This document shows, in pieces, positions 19,948 to 29,794 of a stretch of DNA of 64,000 nt. The stretch's first letter is position 1; each line of letters begins with the position of its first letter. Below the pieces are notes generated by a model. It did no database searches. It was not told the DNA's origin and was given only the letters and a program-made list of their open reading frames with translations. Position numbers and translations under genes: made by a program. The stretch comes from Candidatus Dadabacteria bacterium (GTDB lineage: Bacteria; Desulfobacterota_D; UBA1144; Nemesobacterales; CSP1-2). The stretch lies in the NCBI GenBank assembly GCA_963805855.1, contig CAWDVW010000005.1, positions 96,001-160,000 of the forward strand. The letters run 5' to 3'.

Positions 19948-20739
19948 CTAATAAAATTTCAAATCTGAATTCTTTATATTGCCGACAATTTCTGACAGTA
20001 ATCCTCTGAAAGTGTTGATTCCTTCAATCTCCTTATCGCCCAGATCATAGTAAATTCTCTCAGTCAGATATCTATAGCAAATCTCCTCACTCAAGTTAAC
20101 TGTCTCTGCATAAGTTTTTGCAATTTTATCTATAAGATTAACCCCCACCGATTTAGCCGTCTGTAGAGCCTGGAGATTCTTTCCTAGATTTACCCCTTCC
20201 CGCACTGCGTATACTGCATAGACGAATGGAAGCCCCGTCTCTTTAGTCCATACCTCTCCAAGGTCAACCACCGTATAGCCGCTGGGAGGCGAATACCTGA
20301 TCCTGAGACCATCATTTCCTATGTACATACCTGCATCTACTCCATCCAAGAAACTGCCATCAGGAATTCTTTGAACATAATTGGGATTCACATTATTGAA
20401 TATCTCTAGAATAATTCTAAGAAGCGAGGACGAGCTTTGCGATCTCAAATCCACTGCCACGGTTTTTATCTCCGCAATGGACTTCTTTGACAACAATACT
20501 ACACTGGCCACCTCACCCCTCGACGATATTGACAGGTTCGGGACCATCCTATAGATATCTCTTTTAAGCAATTCAGCAACAGGAATTAGACCTAAATCAA
20601 CCTTCTCTTCTAATAGTAGAGTGGATAATCTGGACGGATTTTCATACACAATATCAAAATCATTTTTTACTAAACCTTCCTCTAAAGGGTACACAAGAGG
20701 CCTTACGTTCAAAAATGGGACAGCTCCGAGTTTGATCAC
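19948..20739 (-). CDS. mqnA: chorismate dehydratase
   Basis: LGAVPFLNVRPL, GEVASV, S.SS..L, IG.D, DLGEVW..ETGLPFVYAV. Confidence 0.9.
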   Translation of the reverse strand: MIKLGAVPFLNVRPLVYPLEEGLVKNDFDIVYENPSRLSTLLLEEKVDLGLIPVAELLKRDIYRMVPNLSISSRGEVASVVLLSKKSIAEIKTVAVDLRSQSSSSLLRIILEIFNNVNPNYVQRIPDGSFLDGVDAGMYIGNDGLRIRYSPPSGYTVVDLGEVWTKETGLPFVYAVYAVREGVNLGKNLQALQTAKSVGVNLIDKIAKTYAETVNLSEEICYRYLTERIYYDLGDKEIEGINTFRGLLSEIVGNIKNSDLKFY

Positions 20740-20878
20740 TTATAATCTCCAAAGTCTAGAATTTCTTATTGCCTATTATTACAAATGCAGGAGCGGCTTC
20801 CAGACGCGATTGGCATTTCGATTATTGTTTTTAACAGAAGAAGCAATACATTCTAAAAATTAATCTCCAAAACAATAA

Positions 20879-21637
20879 TTAAATTCTAATTTCTATCCCA
20901 TTTTCCTTTAAGTACTTTTTGGCTTCAGAAATTGAATATTCGCCATAATGGAAAATGGATGCAACCAACACAGCATCCGCTTCTCCCAAAGTAATACCAT
21001 CATAGAGATGCTTTAGATTCCCAGCGCCACCCGACGCAATTATCGGAATACCAACCGCTCTGGAAACAGCTTCAGTTAGTTTTAAATCGTATCCGTTTTT
21101 TGTACCGTCCATATCCATACTGGTGAGAAGTATTTCACCCGCTCCAAACGACTCCATTTCTTCTGCCCATGCGACAGCGTCAATTCCCGTTGGATTTCTA
21201 CCCCCATGTGTATAGACCTCCCACTTTGAATCTGAAACCCTTCTAGCGTCTATAGCAACGACAATACATTGACTTCCGAACTTCCCCGCAGCCTTTTTAA
21301 CAAATTCGGGTTTCTTAACCGCCGCTGTGTTAACTGCGACCTTGTCGGCACCGGCCAAAAGAAGGTTTCTTACATCCTCAAGGGTTCTTACACCTCCACC
21401 AACTGTTAGCGGTACGAAAACCTCGCTGGCGGTTTTTTTGACAACTTCTATCATTATATTTCTTTTCTCATGCGAAGCCGTTATGTCAAGAAAGGTAATC
21501 TCATCAGCCCCCTCATCGCTATAGCGCTTAGCAATTTCAACCGGATCACCCGCATCACGGAGATTAAGGAACTTCACGCCTTTTACCACTCTTCCGTCCT
21601 TAACATCCAGGCAGGGAATTATTCTTTTCGACAGCAT
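20879..21637 (-). CDS. hisF: imidazole glycerol phosphate synthase cyclase subunit
   Basis: [43 protein letters not shown]. Confidence 0.98.
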   Translation of the reverse strand: MLSKRIIPCLDVKDGRVVKGVKFLNLRDAGDPVEIAKRYSDEGADEITFLDITASHEKRNIMIEVVKKTASEVFVPLTVGGGVRTLEDVRNLLLAGADKVAVNTAAVKKPEFVKKAAGKFGSQCIVVAIDARRVSDSKWEVYTHGGRNPTGIDAVAWAEEMESFGAGEILLTSMDMDGTKNGYDLKLTEAVSRAVGIPIIASGGAGNLKHLYDGITLGEADAVLVASIFHYGEYSISEAKKYLKENGIEIRI

Positions 21638-21786
21638 CTTAAGGTGATTGTTGCTCCAGAATGGTAAGTCATATGTGAACTAGTAGGTTTTTCTTCTGAC
21701 TCCGTATTCTGGCTTGTGACTTTTACCTGTTATTTAATACAATTTAAAACTCAGTCTCTTTGTTTTTTGGTTTTGCATATCAGTCC

Positions 21787-22515
21787 TCAATAATCTGAAA
21801 ATCTTTTTATTGCTTCTCTTAGATCAATCTTACCACTGTAAATTGATTTACCAACTATGACGCCCAAAAGTCCCAACTTAGTTAGATTGGATAGTTTCTC
21901 CAAATCATTAGGGCATGAAATGCCACCCGAAGCAATTACGGGGATTGGAGAGTTTCTAACAAATTGCTCAACTTCATCAATATTAATACCCTCCAAAGTT
22001 CCATCACGGTCTATATCAGTGTGTACAACCAGAGAGATGCCCACCGATTTCAAATCATTCAGAAAAGATTGTAGATCGAAATCTACAGTTTCTTTCCATC
22101 CTCTTACTGAGATCCTCCTATTCCTTGTGTCGATCCCAACGGCAACCCGCCGTGGAAACCGTCTGTTAGCTTCAGTTAAAATTTCAGGTTTCTGAAGTGC
22201 AACAGTTCCCAGTATGACTCTATCCAGCCCTGTCTCCAAATATCTTTCAATGGTTTCAATATCCCTTATTCCGCCGCCTACTTGAACAGAGCATGAGACA
22301 GAATTCACAATTTCCTTTATTAATTCAAAATTTCTCGGTTTGCCTGAAAACGCACCGTCAAGATCAACCACATGTATGAGCCTCGCTCCACACTCCTCCC
22401 ACCTCGCAGCTACCGCCACCGGATCCTGAGAAAATACTGTTTCGGTCCCCTCCTCTCCCCTCAACAGCCTTACACATTTACCATCCTTGAGGTCTATCGC
22501 AGGAATGATAAGCAT
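21787..22515 (-). CDS. hisA: ProFAR isomerase
   Basis: IIPAIDLKDGKCVRL, HVVDLDGA, QVGGGIR, TDIDRDGTLEG, ASGG. Confidence 0.96.
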   Translation of the reverse strand: MLIIPAIDLKDGKCVRLLRGEEGTETVFSQDPVAVAARWEECGARLIHVVDLDGAFSGKPRNFELIKEIVNSVSCSVQVGGGIRDIETIERYLETGLDRVILGTVALQKPEILTEANRRFPRRVAVGIDTRNRRISVRGWKETVDFDLQSFLNDLKSVGISLVVHTDIDRDGTLEGINIDEVEQFVRNSPIPVIASGGISCPNDLEKLSNLTKLGLLGVIVGKSIYSGKIDLREAIKRFSDY

Positions 22516-23154
22516 CTAAGGTTGCCCAAGAAATATCGCGAGATCATCTACAACTTCAATTACGCCCTCTTTCGCGAGTTGATTTGCCGTAACCCACTTT
22601 CCCTTACGCTTAAAAAATTTGCCGATTTTAGTAACGTTCTGAAGGAGTGTTTCTTGCGTCTCTGCATAATATGCCTCCCAAAGCCTTTCTCCGGTATTTG
22701 GGTTTATCAACTGAACACCAAAGGCGACAGAAGCCGGTGCACTTGTCCCCAATTCTCCACCTTCCCTCTCTCTAAACGTGGATATATTACCAATCAACAC
22801 TGAATCAGAGTTAAGGTTCTTCCCAACCTCCATAGCTAAATTCAGATAACCTAGCTCCGGATTTTCTTCGTTCAATTTTATAAATTCATCAGTCGAAGTT
22901 CCCAATGCGACAATAGTCTTTCCCTTGATCCTGTTACTCAATTCCTGATACAACTCGCTGGTCAAGAACCTGCTTCTTTCGGCAGGAATTTCGTCCCGAA
23001 CCACGGGATTAGTGAACATCGGGACGACTACAATTTTATGTATCTCGATTGGCTTTTTTGAATAACTGCCTTTTTCCGGTACAGTGCCGGTGCAAGATGT
23101 TAGATACACGCAAAGGGCCAAGATTAAATGAAAACGCCTGCTAACACTTCTCAT
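22516..23154 (-). CDS. putative lipoprotein (alpha/beta, CsgG/LpoB-like fold)
   Basis: Signal peptide with lipobox LTSC; IVVVPMF, DSVLIG.I..F.ER.G, ASVAF...LI...TGE.LW; abuts hisA start. Confidence 0.6.
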   Translation of the reverse strand: MRSVSRRFHLILALCVYLTSCTGTVPEKGSYSKKPIEIHKIVVVPMFTNPVVRDEIPAERSRFLTSELYQELSNRIKGKTIVALGTSTDEFIKLNEENPELGYLNLAMEVGKNLNSDSVLIGNISTFREREGGELGTSAPASVAFGVQLINPNTGERLWEAYYAETQETLLQNVTKIGKFFKRKGKWVTANQLAKEGVIEVVDDLAIFLGQP

Positions 23155-23341
23155 TTCTCTATAAATATACTGGATTATGACGCTAATAAAAGAAGTTAAA
23201 CTAAACGGGTTTCAAACACAAAAATCCATCAAACCAATACATTGCATTTCCTTATTTGTTAAGGGGAAACTTTTAAGTTACGATTGCATCAACTTCCCAA
23301 AAAATCACTATTTAACTTACATTGGTTTATGCTTATCTAAA

Positions 23342-23659
23342 ATGAACCATGAACCTAAAAGATATATAGCTGACATCGAGATCCCCGAGGGCTTTGCAAC
23401 CATCGATTGCGAGGTGGAAGTATTAGACCCCCAAACAGATCAAGCTCGGATAACCCTCATATTGGCCAGTTGTTCTTACAAGAACGAAGAAACAGAACCA
23501 GTTCAAGGAAATCTCACCTTACGGGAGGAATTGGATTTGTTCCTGGAGGCTATTAGAATAACAGACCGAAAAGACCTTAAAGCCGTAATTGAAGAAGTCT
23601 TGAGGGAAGCTTACGGCAAAGAAGCCGATATAACAGTCAATAGCATTGATATGGATTAG
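23342..23659 (+). CDS. hypothetical acidic protein (105 aa)
   Basis: Protein-like composition from ATG 23342 (MNHEPKRYIADIEIPEG); the upstream extension of the listed ORF looks non-coding. Confidence 0.55.
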   Translation: MNHEPKRYIADIEIPEGFATIDCEVEVLDPQTDQARITLILASCSYKNEETEPVQGNLTLREELDLFLEAIRITDRKDLKAVIEEVLREAYGKEADITVNSIDMD

Positions 23660-23745
23660 GAGAACTATCAAAGGTTTATATCTATTATTACCCGAGTAAC
23701 CCCATTAAAATTGAAAAACTGCATCTGAAAATTATAATAACGCTC

Positions 23746-24156
23746 ATGAAATACTGGCTTGTGAAGTCTGAACCATTCAAATACTCCTGGGATGATTTTC
23801 TTAAGGACGGTTGGACCTATTGGGATGGAGTCAGAAATTATCAGGCGAGAAACAATTTACAAAGCATGAAAACGGGAGATCTCGTTCTTTACTATCACAG
23901 CAATGAAGGATTAGAGGTCCTAGGAATTGCTGAAGTGATCAAGGAAGCATATCAAGACCCAACTACAGATGACGGGCGCTGGGTTGTAGTAGACTTAAAA
24001 TCTAAGGAAACCTTCAAAAATCCAGTCTCATTATCAGAGATTAAAACTGACAGACGTCTTAAAGACATAGCACTAATCAAGCAAACCCGCCTCTCAGTAA
24101 TGCCCGTTACAAAAAGAGAATTTAACGCCATAAAGTTAATGGGAATGGGAAAGTAA
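23746..24156 (+). CDS. EVE domain-containing protein
   Basis: YWLVKSEP, WDGVRNYQARN, YYHS, RLSVMPV. Confidence 0.93.
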   Translation: MKYWLVKSEPFKYSWDDFLKDGWTYWDGVRNYQARNNLQSMKTGDLVLYYHSNEGLEVLGIAEVIKEAYQDPTTDDGRWVVVDLKSKETFKNPVSLSEIKTDRRLKDIALIKQTRLSVMPVTKREFNAIKLMGMGK

Positions 24157-24276
24157 AATCATAATTATCTTTCTGCAATTGCGAGCACTTCGATTATACT
24201 CACAACAGGACAGGCTCTGAGTCGAGAAACAGTAGAGACTAAAGTCCTTCTCGACATGCTGCCGATTGTAATGGAA

Positions 24277-24310
24277 TATGTAGAGAACGCATATATGCGT
24301 TCTCTACATA
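24277..24310. repeat. 34-bp perfect palindrome, GTAG-type REP-like element
   Basis: TATGTAGAGAACGCATA|TATGCGTTCTCTACATA is its own reverse complement; intergenic. Confidence 0.75.
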
Positions 24311-24328
24311 AATCAACAAGCCCCGGGC

Positions 24329-24381
24329 TTGACAATTTTGTATTTGTAATTACCTTAACATTAAACTATTTAATGTTAAGG
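24329..24381 (+). promoter_or_regulatory. sigma70-like promoter with overlapping MarR operator
   Basis: TTGACA 24329-24334, 16 bp, TACCTT; perfect IR CCTTAACATTAAA-cta-TTTAATGTTAAGG at 24353-24381, ending 5 bp before the marR ATG. Confidence 0.75.
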
Positions 24382-24386
24382 GCAGT

Positions 24387-24839
24387 ATGGGTACAAAGTA
24401 TAAGGGGACTCAAAAGGAAATAAGGGCGCTAAACGCTTTTATCAATTTCATGCGGGCTGCAGACAGTGTAAGTTCAAGACTGTCTCGGTTACTTGCTAAG
24501 CATAGATTAACTACGAGCCAGTTCGGCGCGCTAGAGGCTCTATATCACCTTGGGCCACTCAGTCAAAACGATCTGGGGAGGAAGCTCCTTAAAACTAGCG
24601 GCAATATAACGATGGTAGTCGACAACCTTGAAAAACGAGCCCTCGTAAAAAGGGTTCGGAGCCCAGAAGACCGTAGATCAGTAAGCGTGACGCTCACTAA
24701 GGATGGGGGCAGGCTTATTGAAAGCATATTTCCACAGCATGTGGGGTCGATCGTTGCTGAGTTTGAAGTCCTAAATCCGGGAGAACAGGAAGTCCTTCGC
24801 CATTTATGTAGAAAACTCGGGAAGCATGAAAGGGACTGA
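24387..24839 (+). CDS. MarR-family transcriptional regulator (MhqR-like)
   Basis: LTTSQFGALEALYHLGPL, TSGNITMVVDNLEK..LV.R, DRRS. Confidence 0.92.
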   Translation: MGTKYKGTQKEIRALNAFINFMRAADSVSSRLSRLLAKHRLTTSQFGALEALYHLGPLSQNDLGRKLLKTSGNITMVVDNLEKRALVKRVRSPEDRRSVSVTLTKDGGRLIESIFPQHVGSIVAEFEVLNPGEQEVLRHLCRKLGKHERD

Positions 24840-24870
24840 ATGATAATAAACAAGACTAGAGGCAGAAAAA

Positions 24871-25575
24871 ATGATTAAGATAAGAAGACGCAGTGAAAGG
24901 GGACACACAAATTTAGGATGGCTCGACAGCTATCACACATTCTCATTCGGTGATTACCTCGACCCGGATCATATGGGATATCACAAACTCCGTGTTATAA
25001 ATGAAGATAAAGTGAAAGGTGGCGGCGGATTTGGGTCTCATCCCCACAGGGACATGGAAATTGTTACATATGTACTGGAAGGTTCTTTAGAACATAAGGA
25101 CAGCATCGGGAACGGTTCCGTTATCAGAAAGGGCGATGTTCAGAGAATGAGTGCAGGAACCGGAATAATGCACAGCGAGTACAATCACTCCGAATCTGAA
25201 CCCGTTCATTTTTTACAAATATGGATATTACCCAGGGAAAAAGGTATCAAGCCAAGCTACGAACAACGATCTGTAGATGCCAAAAGTGTAAAGGGCAAAC
25301 TTGGCCTCATCGCAACAGGAAATATAGGCAAGAAAGTTGATGCCCTGCACCTGAATCAGGAGGTTGCTATTTATATGTCCTCCCTCGAAATGGAACAACA
25401 GGTTAAACATACAACCGAGGCCGACCATCACCTTTGGGTTCAGGCTACCAGGGGCTCTCTAATCTTAAATGGTGAAATTTTGGAACAGGGAGACGGTGCG
25501 TCAATTTCGAATGAGCAAGGCATTGAAATTAGCACCAGCGATTCGGCTGAGCTCCTATTATTCGATATGGAGTAA
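24871..25575 (+). CDS. pirin-family protein (YhhW-like)
   Basis: WLDSYHTFSF, LRVINED, HPHRDMEI, MSAGTGI.HSE, FLQIWI. Confidence 0.93.
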   Translation: MIKIRRRSERGHTNLGWLDSYHTFSFGDYLDPDHMGYHKLRVINEDKVKGGGGFGSHPHRDMEIVTYVLEGSLEHKDSIGNGSVIRKGDVQRMSAGTGIMHSEYNHSESEPVHFLQIWILPREKGIKPSYEQRSVDAKSVKGKLGLIATGNIGKKVDALHLNQEVAIYMSSLEMEQQVKHTTEADHHLWVQATRGSLILNGEILEQGDGASISNEQGIEISTSDSAELLLFDME

Positions 25576-25677
25576 TCTTTAAACTAAGCGCCAAGTAACA
25601 TTTTCCTTCTGAACTTGCATAGGATTCCAATATAATGTAATAAAAGGATATAACATATTAAAAAGGAGGATTGGCAA

Positions 25678-26703
25678 ATGAAATTCGGCATAGGATATTA
25701 CAGCCTTCAATCACATCCCCAGAGACCGAGGCCACATGAAGAATTATATGAAGAGATGCTAAAAGAGATCTCTATAGCTGATGAGATGGGTTTTGACTCG
25801 GCGTGGTTAACTGAACATCACTTTTTAGGCGATGGATACTGCCCCTCATTATTGATCGCAGCAGCAGCGATAGCGGCAAGGACCAAAAGTATAAGGATTG
25901 GCACCGGTGTCTTGTTAATGCCCCTCCATGACCCGATAAGAATTGCCGAAGATGCAGCTGTGGTTGATTTGATCTCCAAAGGGCGTTTAATACTAGGGAT
26001 TGGGCTTGGATACAGATTAGAGGAATTTGAAGGATACGGTAGATCGCTCAAAGAGCGAAAGGGACGAATGGAAGAAAGCATAGAGATTCTCCAGAAGAGC
26101 TGGTCTGACGAAGCTTGCAGCTTTAATGGCAAATACTATAAAGTAAAGAACGCAAATGTAACGCCCAAACCGGTTCAAAGACCTATACCTATATGGATTG
26201 GGGCATTTACAGAACCGGCTATAAGGAGAGCTGCACGGATAGGAGCCCCGCTTTACATACCGGCTATCGGGACTATACCTATAATAAAGTACTTATTTGA
26301 CCTTCATTCTTCCTTGCTAGAAGAATATGGAAGAAACCCCGGCGACTATGAAAAACCCATTGTTAGAGAATTCTATATCTCTGATAAAAAGAAGGAAGAA
26401 GTTTGGGAAGATATAAAGGAGTATATTACATACACTGCAAAAGGCTACGCTCAATGGGGAAGCATGGTCGATTACAGTGGAAATCTAATTTCGGATCCCA
26501 CTGACCCGATCATTTACGATATCGTCAAGGATCAGTCAATTCTAGGCACACCCGAAGAGTGTGTAGAAACTATTAAGGAATATAAGGAAAATCTGCCAAT
26601 TGATAACCTTATCTGCAGGTTTAAATTCCCTGGTATAAGTCATCAAGAGGCAATGAGATCAATGAAGCTATTTGTGGATAGGGTTCTTCCGGAGGTATCT
26701 TAA
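25678..26703 (+). CDS. luciferase-like (LLM) flavin-dependent oxidoreductase
   Basis: GFDSAWLTEHHF, PIRIAEDAA.VD.IS.GR, PKPVQ.PIPIWIG, GTPEEC. Confidence 0.9.
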   Translation: MKFGIGYYSLQSHPQRPRPHEELYEEMLKEISIADEMGFDSAWLTEHHFLGDGYCPSLLIAAAAIAARTKSIRIGTGVLLMPLHDPIRIAEDAAVVDLISKGRLILGIGLGYRLEEFEGYGRSLKERKGRMEESIEILQKSWSDEACSFNGKYYKVKNANVTPKPVQRPIPIWIGAFTEPAIRRAARIGAPLYIPAIGTIPIIKYLFDLHSSLLEEYGRNPGDYEKPIVREFYISDKKKEEVWEDIKEYITYTAKGYAQWGSMVDYSGNLISDPTDPIIYDIVKDQSILGTPEECVETIKEYKENLPIDNLICRFKFPGISHQEAMRSMKLFVDRVLPEVS

Positions 26704-26774
26704 TAAAATACTCAAAATATGAGTGACTGTTTCCGATAGATCGTTCTAAAATATCGGGAATACCGATAGTAAAA

Positions 26775-27335
26775 CTATTTCTGCTTCCACTTTATATTGC
26801 AACCGATGCTAGGGTATTGCTCTTCGGTAACCGGTTTTCCGCTTAAGATATTGTCAAGCGCGTCCCTTATGTCCCTTCCCGTGACAGGCTTTTCATTTCC
26901 CGGCCTCGAATCATCCATCTGGCCCCTGTAAACACACCTTAACTCCTCATCAAAAATATAGAAATCGGGTGTGCATGTGGCATGATAAGCCCTGGCGATT
27001 TTTTGTGATTCGTCAAATAAATAAGGAAAAGGATAACCCAGCCTCTTTGCAACTGCCTTCATATTCTCTGGAGAGTCATCGGGATAGTTTTCTATATCAT
27101 TTGAACAAATAGCTATAAAAGATATCCCCTTAGGAATATAATCGTTGGCCAATTCAACCAACCCCTTCTGTACATGCTTAACATATGGACAATGATTACA
27201 GATGAACATAACGACGGTTGCAATATCAGACTTGAGTTCATGTAAACTAAGGTCTTTATCACCTATTACATCCCAAAGCTTAAAATCAGGTGCCTTTGTT
27301 CCAAGAGGTAACATGTTAGACGGCGTCAATACCAT
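26775..27335 (-). CDS. thioredoxin-family (AhpC/TSA-like) protein
   Basis: APDF.L, FICNHCPYV, ATCTPDF, YRGQMDDSRP, SIGCNIKWK. Confidence 0.9.
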   Translation of the reverse strand: MVLTPSNMLPLGTKAPDFKLWDVIGDKDLSLHELKSDIATVVMFICNHCPYVKHVQKGLVELANDYIPKGISFIAICSNDIENYPDDSPENMKAVAKRLGYPFPYLFDESQKIARAYHATCTPDFYIFDEELRCVYRGQMDDSRPGNEKPVTGRDIRDALDNILSGKPVTEEQYPSIGCNIKWKQK

Positions 27336-27788
27336 TTTCTATCTCCTCCCATTTCGTCCTTTTAATCTGCTAAATTAACATTCCCATGATATCAATTAAT
27401 TTAGGATTTATCTCCTGAAGCATCGGATATGCACAGCACAATCTTTTATTACTTTACGCGCGCAACCCTGATTAGTCATTGTTAGATTCGAGCCTTCCTC
27501 TGAAATTAGGCGCTCCGGCTACTTACAATCTAACTAGGTTTTATAAGCTACAACCCAACAACAAAAAATAGTGAATCATTATTATACAGAAGAATTCCAT
27601 TTAGACCATTTACAAACATCGTCAACGTTTGAAAAAGATTACCAGCTTGGGATTGAACGATCTAGTTTGCATCGTTATTCATTACAATTTATTTATATTT
27701 GATTCCAGGCACATTTAAAATCGACTGCGTATTCGCTTTAAAGGTAAGCGTTTTTGACAAAATTCTTAGTTCAATTTATCGTATTCCA

Positions 27789-28742
27789 ATGCCGATGACG
27801 GACCGAGAGATCAAACTCGTCGACAAGATGCTGACCGGTGATCGGATTGCACTCGCAAGACTTATTACACTTGTCGAAAGTGACTATAACTCGATTCCCG
27901 AGATTCTTAAGCGAATTAATCCAAAAACAGGAAAAGCGTACATAATTGGAGTTACAGGTCCCCCCGGGGCCGGGAAAAGCACGCTGGTTAACGAGCTGGT
28001 CCAATCTTATAAAAAGGATGGCAAAAAAGTGGGAGTTATAGCAGTTGATCCTTCAAGCCCTTTTACGGGTGGAGCCGTGTTGGGAGATAGAATAAGAATG
28101 CAGGATCACTCACTGGACGAGAATGTATTTATCAGGAGTCTGGGAAGCCGAGGCAGTCACGGGGGGCTTTCAAGGGCAACTAAGGAGATAATTAAGCTTT
28201 ACGACGCATTTGGGATTGAAAACATTATTATTGAAACAGTAGGTGTGGGTCAAACAGAGCTGGATATCATAAAACTGGCAGATACGGTGCTTGTCGTACT
28301 TGTTCCGGAGGCCGGAGATGCGGTACAAACCATGAAGGCAGGGCTTATGGAGATTGCAGATATTTTTATTGTCAACAAAGCTGACAGAGCGGGCGCTGAA
28401 ATCCTGTCGAGAGAAATCAAATCTTTCATCTCATTAAAACCAGCGGATAGCAATTGGGACACACCTGTACTGCTCACAAGCGGCATTGGAAAACTCGGAA
28501 TCGACGAATTGATAAATGAGATTGACAGGCATAAGCTATTTCAAACCGAAACCGGATTGCTCAGTAAAAAGAGACAAAAGAGAATTGAGGAGGAATTCTC
28601 ACAAATTATATTGGAGATCATAGAAAAGAAGATTAATGAAAAGTTAAAGGATCATGAAATGGGAAAGGTTTTAAATCGAATCAAGAAGGGCGAGATAGAT
28701 CCATACGAAGCTGCCGAGCTCGTGATTTCACGAATATTGTGA
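27789..28742 (+). CDS. meaB: methylmalonyl-CoA mutase-associated GTPase MeaB/ArgK
   Basis: GVTGPPGAGKST, AVDPSSPFTGGA.LGDRIRM, ETVGVGQ.E, NKAD; start ATG 27789 or 27795. Confidence 0.93.
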   Translation: MPMTDREIKLVDKMLTGDRIALARLITLVESDYNSIPEILKRINPKTGKAYIIGVTGPPGAGKSTLVNELVQSYKKDGKKVGVIAVDPSSPFTGGAVLGDRIRMQDHSLDENVFIRSLGSRGSHGGLSRATKEIIKLYDAFGIENIIIETVGVGQTELDIIKLADTVLVVLVPEAGDAVQTMKAGLMEIADIFIVNKADRAGAEILSREIKSFISLKPADSNWDTPVLLTSGIGKLGIDELINEIDRHKLFQTETGLLSKKRQKRIEEEFSQIILEIIEKKINEKLKDHEMGKVLNRIKKGEIDPYEAAELVISRIL

Positions 28743-28994
28743 AGACGCTACCGACTCGAATCAGAAAGCTAGTACGGAGACAGCGGTTTGTCTATGTATC
28801 ATGAACCGAAACAGACACAAGATCGATGCCGTTAATTCCAACATTCGTGATCGAATATTTTCAAATGAAAATCATGAAATTTATTAAACTTGATTGGAGC
28901 AGAACGCGTCGGAAATATCTAATTCTGAAGAATCCCACATGGTATGTTAGCTGAAAGATTGTAGAAATAACGAAGGCTTTATTCAGAAGGTAAA

Positions 28995-29720
28995 TTGATG
29001 GATCCCTATATCATTTCTTTATTTTTTGCTCCGATATTCTTGTTGGCAAACCATTCTTATCGAGAGAATGATAAGGATTTATACCCTCATAAACGCTGGG
29101 AAATGGTTGAAACCCAGCTCATTCTTCGCGGAATAAAGGACTCTAAGGTAATAAAGGCGATGTTAAAAATTCCAAGGCATAAGTTTATTCCAGAAAAGTT
29201 CTGGGGTCTTGCCTACAACGATGCCCCTGTTCCTATAGGTATGGAACAGACCATTTCACAACCTTACATTGTTGCCTTAATGACACAACTTCTCGAGCTT
29301 AATGAGAAAGAAAAGGTTCTAGAAGTAGGCACTGGATCGGGTTATCAGACAGCAATTCTAGCTGAGCATGGTTGTGATGTATACACAATAGAGATTCACG
29401 AATCGCTATCACTGAACGCACAACAAATTTTAGACGAACTGGGATACAAAGATATCCATTTTAAAATAGGAGATGGTTATAGGGGGTGGGAGGAGTATTC
29501 TCCTTTTGATGCCATTATAGTGACGGCTGCCCCTAAGAGCACTCCCCAACCGTTAATCGATCAACTCAAGGAAGACGGTAGAATGGTTATACCGGTAGGA
29601 GATCTGTACCAAGAGTTATTACTCATTCGTAAAACTCAAAAGGGTATCAAGGAAACAAACATAACACCAGTCCGATTTGTCCCAATGACGGGAGAGGCTC
29701 AAAAAATGAGGAAGAACTAG
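28995..29720 (+). CDS. pcm: protein-L-isoaspartate O-methyltransferase
   Basis: IPRHKF, QTISQPYIVA.M, LEVGTGSGYQTA, PFDAIIVTAA, VRFVPM. Confidence 0.94.
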   Translation: MMDPYIISLFFAPIFLLANHSYRENDKDLYPHKRWEMVETQLILRGIKDSKVIKAMLKIPRHKFIPEKFWGLAYNDAPVPIGMEQTISQPYIVALMTQLLELNEKEKVLEVGTGSGYQTAILAEHGCDVYTIEIHESLSLNAQQILDELGYKDIHFKIGDGYRGWEEYSPFDAIIVTAAPKSTPQPLIDQLKEDGRMVIPVGDLYQELLLIRKTQKGIKETNITPVRFVPMTGEAQKMRKN

Positions 29721-29794
29721 GTTTAATAATGTTTTTGTAAAAGATTAGCCCTTTACCCATGGAATCAAGAATCAGATATGTCAAATTATCAATC

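Noticed and set aside
23177-23341. N-terminal extension of the listed 160-aa ORF
   Set aside because: Composition looks non-coding and it occupies the divergent promoter region
27336-27780. Possible cobalamin riboswitch or small Cys-rich ORF upstream of meaB; GTTAGATT/AATCTAAC inverted repeat
   Set aside because: No B12-box or GGGAA/GCCACTG core seen; the 23-codon minus ORF has no support; the IR is short
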